From a virus (lineage: Duplodnaviria > Caudoviricetes), in IMG/VR virus record IMGVR_UViG_3300037047_000246: DNA of 64,000 nt. One strand, written 5' to 3'. Positions 58,344-64,000 of this stretch are shown here, in pieces (position 1 is the stretch's first letter; each line of letters starts with the position of its first letter). Both the position numbers and the translations under genes were made by a program. The notes beneath the pieces were generated by a model. It had not been told where the DNA came from. It was given only the letters and a program-made list of their open reading frames with translations, and made no database searches.

Positions 58344-60290
58344 ATGGCGCGAAAAATTCCTGATATTGGGTCGACCGGAGTCGGAGACATCAGCGCGGTA
58401 ATGCAGGACCGTGGCTTGTCGGATTTGTCATGGCTGGATGTGGACCCTGAAGACTACAGGGCCAAAGAGGCGCTGCCGAAGCAGAACCTGGACATCATAC
58501 CGGAGCTTCAAAGAGCCCTGACGTACGACGACAGCGGGGTGCCGGCTTTGATTCCGCTGCGTCCTCACACTCTGGTCAACACCAATCCTCTTGATGCGCC
58601 CAGTGCTGTAAGCAAGACGTCCTCCGCCGAAGTTGCGAACAAAGTGGCTCGCCATCTCATGTCTGGAAGCGCACCCAGACAAGTAGGCGAAAAACTCATG
58701 CTTGAGTTTTCACCAGGGCAGATCAGGCATGCGTCAGCAAGCATTTCTTCGGTGTTGTCTGAGCGCGGCCTCATAGGCAATGTGTATGTGGACTCCAAGC
58801 ATTTTCCAAGGTGTTCTCAAAACAGCGACGACAAGAAGTTCGTTGCCACTCGTGCTGCCGGGGCCAAGTTCGTGCTCTCGAAGAGCGAGTGCTCAGGCTG
58901 CCTCCACAATCGAGGCGGGATGTGTGCCAATTTGCACAAGCAAATCGTGCATAGCGTACCTTATGACAAAAAGACGTTCGCCCATTACGCAGTACAGCTT
59001 TCGTCAGAGGGTAGGTTGGACAGTGCAGGGCTCGATGCGGCACTGACCGGGTCTGACTTCGACAGGCGAAGAGTGCTCAAGTCCAGCTTCAGCACGCCCG
59101 CTCTCCAAGCCAAAGCGGACTCCAGCGGACTTTATTTGAGGCATCAGGCCAAAGTGGCCAAGCCTGCAGTGACAGACGAGCAAGCCGATGCGTACTTGGC
59201 GCGGCCTCGTAGCGATCAGCCTGTGCTTGGCAGAGGGTTCACTGCCGCCGTAAAGCATCTCATGCTTGGAGGCTCCCCGGACCCTCTGCACGGGTCGCTG
59301 GACGACAGCGTCAGGCGCGTTGCATCGGAGCACGGCCTTCTCGGTCACACGTATTTGGATATGGACGCGCTCGGCGGGTGCGGCGTCACCCTGAGTTTCC
59401 TGTCTCGCATGGACTACATGCCTGACTTCATCGTTCGCAGGTCGTCTTGCTGCGAAGAATGCAAAGGGGCGTCGGACGGCGCCTGCGCGCAAATCCAGAA
59501 AATTTGCCACATCAGCGATCGCTCTGATATTGGCAAAGAAAACTTTGTTGCTGCTTTGCTCAGAGCAGCAGACCGAGGTGCGATAGATATTGAGCAAGCC
59601 AGGCATGCAGCGTCTAAGGCGCCAGCAAAGTCCAACTGGCGCCGGCTGACTGCTCAAGCCAACTTCCTGCAGCCAGTCGAGGGCAAAGCTACCTACTCCG
59701 GTGCTCGAGTGTCGGCACACTACGGCGCTATCGTTCCTGCCAAGGAAATGACGCCGTCTAAGCCTATGGACGCCGAAGAAGTGCGCCGCAGCATTTCCCA
59801 TATGATGAACACAGGACTGCGCGGCAAGGCTTTGGCGGCTGCTATCTTGCAAAGGTACGCTCGCAGCGATTTGGCCCGGGTGCCGCGCGTTGGCGCCAGT
59901 CTCGCTGGCAACGACGGCGTCCAAGGCACATACTTTATAGATCCCACAGCGTACTCTGACTACGGCAGGGGTTGTGTGATCGGGGCCAAGAAGTTTCGCA
60001 AGATTGGTGCTGAAAACGTGTTCGCAGGAGAATCTTGCATTGGATGCGCCATGCAGACGGCACCGGGTTGGTGCGCCAAGTATGCCAAGTCTTTGATCCG
60101 TAGCGTTCCTGCCTCGGTTGCGGCAGCTGCCGCTGAGGCAAAGCGCAGGCCTGTCGCATGCAGCGATGCTCCTGTGGACAATCCGGTGGACAGCTACCAG
60201 TTGTCCGCCAGCATTACTGTGGAGCCTGACAAGAGCCGGGTTTTGCCTTCTGTGCAGTTCGCCGATTCTGATGCTCTAGACGCTGTCTGA
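58344..60290 (+). CDS. Large hypothetical protein with three repeated Cys-rich modules
   Basis: Recurring '(E/D).GL.G..Y.D....' followed by 'C..C......C' at three places. Confidence 0.75.
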   Translation: MARKIPDIGSTGVGDISAVMQDRGLSDLSWLDVDPEDYRAKEALPKQNLDIIPELQRALTYDDSGVPALIPLRPHTLVNTNPLDAPSAVSKTSSAEVANKVARHLMSGSAPRQVGEKLMLEFSPGQIRHASASISSVLSERGLIGNVYVDSKHFPRCSQNSDDKKFVATRAAGAKFVLSKSECSGCLHNRGGMCANLHKQIVHSVPYDKKTFAHYAVQLSSEGRLDSAGLDAALTGSDFDRRRVLKSSFSTPALQAKADSSGLYLRHQAKVAKPAVTDEQADAYLARPRSDQPVLGRGFTAAVKHLMLGGSPDPLHGSLDDSVRRVASEHGLLGHTYLDMDALGGCGVTLSFLSRMDYMPDFIVRRSSCCEECKGASDGACAQIQKICHISDRSDIGKENFVAALLRAADRGAIDIEQARHAASKAPAKSNWRRLTAQANFLQPVEGKATYSGARVSAHYGAIVPAKEMTPSKPMDAEEVRRSISHMMNTGLRGKALAAAILQRYARSDLARVPRVGASLAGNDGVQGTYFIDPTAYSDYGRGCVIGAKKFRKIGAENVFAGESCIGCAMQTAPGWCAKYAKSLIRSVPASVAAAAAEAKRRPVACSDAPVDNPVDSYQLSASITVEPDKSRVLPSVQFADSDALDAV

Positions 60291-60340
60291 CGCAGGTTGC
60301 TTCCGGATGCGATGCATCGCTCAGTACGGTTTACATACCT

Positions 60341-60931
60341 ATGAGCGATGACAAAGGTCCTTCCGACAATGGCGGAAGCGACGACAAAAACGACAATCTG
60401 ATACTCTTTCCTGGCGGCAAAGCTGTGGACCCTGCGGACGTAGGTCCCGGGTTTGTGGTTGGCAGCTCAGGTCAAGTTCCTACCGGAGAGCTGCTGGATC
60501 CGGCCGATATCAAGAGGGACCTTAGGGACCGCGTTGCTTACGTCAAGGACCAGCCTTTGGTCAAGGTCATGGCCGAGAGCTCTGCTCAGGCCATGGACGT
60601 GCTTCTCGTCGAGATAGCCGAGGAAATATCGCATCTCAAATGGGAGAGGCGCAAGGCGGCCAAGGACGGCAAAAACACAGCTCAATACACGGTGGCCCGC
60701 ATCAACGGCTTGCGCTCTTTGGCGGAGGCCTTGATACGCCGCAAGGAAGCTGCCAGGGCCGAGCACCTAGATTTGAAGTCCCCCCGCTTGCAAAAGATTT
60801 TCAAAATTTGGATGCAGCTGTTCTACGAGGCCATGGAGAAGTCCGGCGTGTCCTCTCAGGACATCAACGTCGTCTTTCAGCAGATGAAAGCTGATCTTGT
60901 TGGTTGGGAGCAGCGCATGGAGAGCGAATGA
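60341..60931 (+). CDS. Helical hypothetical protein; terminase small subunit candidate by position
   Basis: 196 aa, helical, ~400 nt upstream of terL. The functional call is positional only. Confidence 0.55.
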   Translation: MSDDKGPSDNGGSDDKNDNLILFPGGKAVDPADVGPGFVVGSSGQVPTGELLDPADIKRDLRDRVAYVKDQPLVKVMAESSAQAMDVLLVEIAEEISHLKWERRKAAKDGKNTAQYTVARINGLRSLAEALIRRKEAARAEHLDLKSPRLQKIFKIWMQLFYEAMEKSGVSSQDINVVFQQMKADLVGWEQRMESE

Positions 60932-61134
60932 GCTGCACCATCATGGATCGTATGATTGCCAATGCTGTCCGGCAGATCCAGGAGCATGAAGACGCCCGCA
61001 TCATTGAAGCCATAAGTAACATGACGTGCTGTTACGATGGCGACGGCACAGGCATTTGCGACAGGTGCGGCCTTCCTGTTGCGGCAGACGGGGTATGCCC
61101 AGTGTGGGAAGTGTCTCAGATCATGGATTCATGA
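60928..61134 (+). CDS. Small Cys-rich protein ending CPVWEVSQIMDS
   Basis: ATGA overlap with the previous gene. Confidence 0.6.
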   Translation: MSCTIMDRMIANAVRQIQEHEDARIIEAISNMTCCYDGDGTGICDRCGLPVAADGVCPVWEVSQIMDS

Positions 61135-61346
61135 ACCACACGAGCGTATCGCATCAGGCTCGTTGCGACATCGTTAGACAATGCGACGAGGAAGCTTTCT
61201 CGCAGCTCCCGGGTGAGCCGTGGCGCTACGAGCAAGACGGCCGAACATGTTCGGCCTGTGGTCAGGCGGTTTGCCGCGTGTGCGGTGCACACGCCGAGGA
61301 ACCGTGCCCTGTGTTCCCCGGAATAGCGCAAATCATGGAATCGTGA
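61131..61346 (+). CDS. Small Cys-rich protein ending CPVFPGIAQIMES
   Basis: ATGA overlap; C-terminus parallels the previous ORF. Confidence 0.6.
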   Translation: MNHTSVSHQARCDIVRQCDEEAFSQLPGEPWRYEQDGRTCSACGQAVCRVCGAHAEEPCPVFPGIAQIMES

Positions 61347-61347
61347 C

Positions 61348-64000
61348 ATGCCGAGCACGGAGAAGAAGCAGCAAAGCGAGCTAGTCAGCGTAGTTGACAG
61401 CTTTCTGGATGAAAAGAACGTCGGCAAAGATGGCGAAGGCATTGAGTTCCTTACCATCATCGAGTTCATAGACAGGTTCAAGCTTCTGCCGAACGGGCTT
61501 TTTCCCGTGCAGAAGTTCATTCTGAAGCTGTACTACAACATCCCGCTGGACGATAAAGACAAAGTCATAAAGATCACTGACAGATTCAACACCAGAGTCA
61601 TTCATGAGATGACAGAGGTGCAGTATCTGAAGTATTTGTATGATCAGGGCAGATGCAACATAGCAGCGCAGGACGGCAACGTACGGCATGAGCTCGTGCT
61701 GGTGCTTGGACGAAGAAGTGGCAAATGCGGAGATATAGAGTCTCGCGTTGTCACCACATCCGGACTCAGAACTCTTGATGAGCTTTTGCGCGATAGCGGA
61801 GCAGATCGGACTAAGACCGGCTGGCATAAGCTGCAGGTCGGGATAGTACAACAGGGCGGTAGGATGGCCGTAACTGACGCTATCTATTACGGCGGCAGAC
61901 AAGCTGTGCGGCGCATTTCTACGTATTGCGGGTACGGGCATGCGATTACGCCAGAGCACCGGCTGAAAGTGATGGAGGACTCCGGGAACATTGTTTGGAA
62001 ATATGGACACGAGCTGCGCGAGGGAGATTTTGTTGGCGTCAATAGGTCATGCCAACTATGGCCCGATTCTTATGTGGACATCTCTGGTTTTGTTCCCAAG
62101 TACACTCGGGTAGCCGACATCAATCGTAAGTCGCACATCAGAACGGGGCGCGTTGTTCGTCCAAGGTCCAGCTGGGGCATTCGTTTGGACGAGTCTTTGG
62201 GCGAGTTCCTTGGCATACTTACTGGCGACGGAACGTGGTCGTGCGGCAAATACAAAGGCTTGATCGCAGTCACAGGAGGCTGTGAGCAGTTTAGGCCTCA
62301 TGTTGAGGGACTGTTCTCCAAATTTTTGGGGGGTTTTCATCTCAAGCGCATCAAAAAAGACAAAACCACCTGCGAAGTCAGTCCGTGGACTGTTTACTTC
62401 GGAAGTGTCAAAGACCGAGCGTTTCTTGACTCCATTGGCTTCAGGTTGTCGGTCACCAAAGCGACGAAATCGGTGCCGTGGCCGGTATTTCAATCGCCAA
62501 AGAGCGTGGTTGCCGCTTACTTGCGGGGCTTGTTTGAAACTGATGGCGGAATAGAAAAAGGCACGTCGATCACGATGTGCTCACATTCCAAGCAGCTGTG
62601 CCGAGACGTCCAAGATTTGCTGCTGAATTTCGGAATCGTGTGTCGAGTCAAACCGAAATATAACAAAAAGTTCAAGTCCACCAATTACGTCTTGAATCTT
62701 CTTGGGAGTATTTCCAAGAAGATATTCGCTACGGACATAGGGTTCATTACCCCGCGCAAAAACGCTGCGTTGGCAAGGTCTTTAGTGAACGCTTCATCTG
62801 GATGCTCAGACACCGAGTCGGTGCCGCATCTGCGCGGCAAGCTCAGGCAGCTTCGAGATAGTATCCCCAAATCCACAAACAACATGCCTGGTCGATGTTT
62901 TCGACCGCGTTCTGAGATCAAGGAGCTCATGGGGGACGCGGCGAAGCCGGGAAGCGCGGAAGCGCTGTCATACAGCCGGTTGCAACATATTCTGGATTTT
63001 TCTGCCAAGTGGGGCGCATCTCTGGAGTTGCGACGCGAACTGCAAGACGTCGTGGATTCCAATTACTTCTGGGACCCCATTGTGTCGGTGCAGGACGACG
63101 AAGTCGAGGTGGCCGATCTTAGTGTGCCCGACGGCGAGTCGTATGTCGCCGCCGGCATGACCAACCATAACAGCACAATATCAGCAATAGTCGCCTCGTA
63201 CGAGCTGTATAAGCTGCTGCGTCGTCGAAACCCGCAGCTGCACTACGGCATTCCGGCCAACAGCGAAATTCGCGTGCTGTGCATAGCCAACGACAAGGAG
63301 CAGGCATCGATCGTGTTCGGTGACATGTCTGGATATGTCGACAACGTCGATTATTTCAAGACTTCGCGCACCAATCAGACCCAGACGTTCATGCGGTTCC
63401 AGACGGATAACGACAGGCAGCGGTACGGGACCAGCAAAGGCGCCAGATCCACAATCACGGCCACGTTCAAGAGCTCCATCGCGAAGGGCCTCCGCGGCCG
63501 CGGCATTATTTGCTACATATTGGACGAAGTTGCCTTCTTCGTTGATAACGGTAAATGTGAACGGCTGTTCAGTATAGTCCAGACTGATTCTGGTCCGGTT
63601 AGCTTGGAGCAGATTCTCGCCGAGAACGATATCGACAAATCCCGGATTGGCTGGACTGACATTCGCCCATTTGAGGTAGCGCAAGAATGCGGTCGCAGGG
63701 CCTGGGCTACGCGCATTTACTACGGCGGGATACAGAAGACTCGCTACATCACCACTAAGAGTCGTTACTCTATCGAGCCCACTCCAGAACATCGTCTGAA
63801 GGTGATGTCCCTGAATGGGAACATTGAGTGGAAGTACGTCCGGGATATTGCTCCTGGTGATTTTGTCGGTATCAATCGTGAGACCAGGTTATGGCCATTA
63901 CAGGAGTTCGATTGTTCTCGCGAGTCGATCGGAATAGCTCCTACGCGCCTCCATAGGGTCCCGTTTCCCTCGTTCATAGACCCCGGTTTTGGCGAGTTCC
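61348..64000 (+). CDS. terL: Terminase large subunit (partial, runs off window) interrupted by two inteins
   Basis: Translated by hand; the frame is open from 61348 to the end. Walker A 'LVLGRRSGK|S' is split by intein 1, followed by 'CIANDKEQA', 'KGLRGRG' and Walker B 'ILDEVAFF'. Confidence 0.9.
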   Translation, partial: MPSTEKKQQSELVSVVDSFLDEKNVGKDGEGIEFLTIIEFIDRFKLLPNGLFPVQKFILKLYYNIPLDDKDKVIKITDRFNTRVIHEMTEVQYLKYLYDQGRCNIAAQDGNVRHELVLVLGRRSGKCGDIESRVVTTSGLRTLDELLRDSGADRTKTGWHKLQVGIVQQGGRMAVTDAIYYGGRQAVRRISTYCGYGHAITPEHRLKVMEDSGNIVWKYGHELREGDFVGVNRSCQLWPDSYVDISGFVPKYTRVADINRKSHIRTGRVVRPRSSWGIRLDESLGEFLGILTGDGTWSCGKYKGLIAVTGGCEQFRPHVEGLFSKFLGGFHLKRIKKDKTTCEVSPWTVYFGSVKDRAFLDSIGFRLSVTKATKSVPWPVFQSPKSVVAAYLRGLFETDGGIEKGTSITMCSHSKQLCRDVQDLLLNFGIVCRVKPKYNKKFKSTNYVLNLLGSISKKIFATDIGFITPRKNAALARSLVNASSGCSDTESVPHLRGKLRQLRDSIPKSTNNMPGRCFRPRSEIKELMGDAAKPGSAEALSYSRLQHILDFSAKWGASLELRRELQDVVDSNYFWDPIVSVQDDEVEVADLSVPDGESYVAAGMTNHNSTISAIVASYELYKLLRRRNPQLHYGIPANSEIRVLCIANDKEQASIVFGDMSGYVDNVDYFKTSRTNQTQTFMRFQTDNDRQRYGTSKGARSTITATFKSSIAKGLRGRGIICYILDEVAFFVDNGKCERLFSIVQTDSGPVSLEQILAENDIDKSRIGWTDIRPFEVAQECGRRAWATRIYYGGIQKTRYITTKSRYSIEPTPEHRLKVMSLNGNIEWKYVRDIAPGDFVGINRETRLWPLQEFDCSRESIGIAPTRLHRVPFPSFIDPGFGEF
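61726..63171 (+). mobile_element. Intein 1 (482 aa) with LAGLIDADG homing endonuclease, inserted in the terL Walker A
   Basis: Starts at Cys (CGDIESRV), block B 'TPEH', LAGLIDADG 'FLGILTGDG' and 'YLRGLFETDG', ends 'MTNHN|S'. Confidence 0.93.
63556..64000 (+). mobile_element. Intein 2 (N-terminal part), inserted just after the terL Walker B
   Basis: Starts at Cys after 'FFVDNGK' (CERLFSIVQTDSG); block B 'PTPEHRLKV'. Confidence 0.88.

Overview
The window is a gene-dense, standard-genetic-code segment of a very large tailed phage (jumbo/huge-phage type). No rRNA, no tRNA that I could recognise and no host housekeeping synteny are present. Left to right it carries: accessory and lysis genes (peptidoglycan-binding endolysin, SLT-like protein); a nucleotide-metabolism block (dNMP kinase, DHH/DHHA1 phosphoesterase, ThyX, a PurA homologue with PurZ-type signatures, class II RNR); a bacterial-style replication/recombination block (Pol III clamp-loader delta', delta and gamma/tau, a beta-clamp-like protein, TOPRIM primase, RecD2, SbcD, a C-terminal SbcC half, a 5'-3' exonuclease, and a NAD-dependent ligase split into two divergent genes); transcription regulators (sigma70-like proteins, NusG-like); five free-standing endonuclease + GNAT/Mom-like fusion genes; a compact type V CRISPR locus (12 x 36-nt repeats directly followed by a 763-aa RuvC effector of the CasPhi/Cas12j family, with no cas1/cas2/cas4); and the start of the head-packaging region (BACON-like protein, large hypothetical proteins, terminase large subunit with two inteins, running off the window). 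Highlights are the minimal phage-encoded CRISPR-CasPhi system, a candidate 2-aminoadenine (Z-base) synthetase in the same genome, the split and inverted ligase, and a recurring G-TAnnnT-N5/6-ATG leaderless-promoter signature. All protein assignments come from motifs read by eye; no database searches were run.
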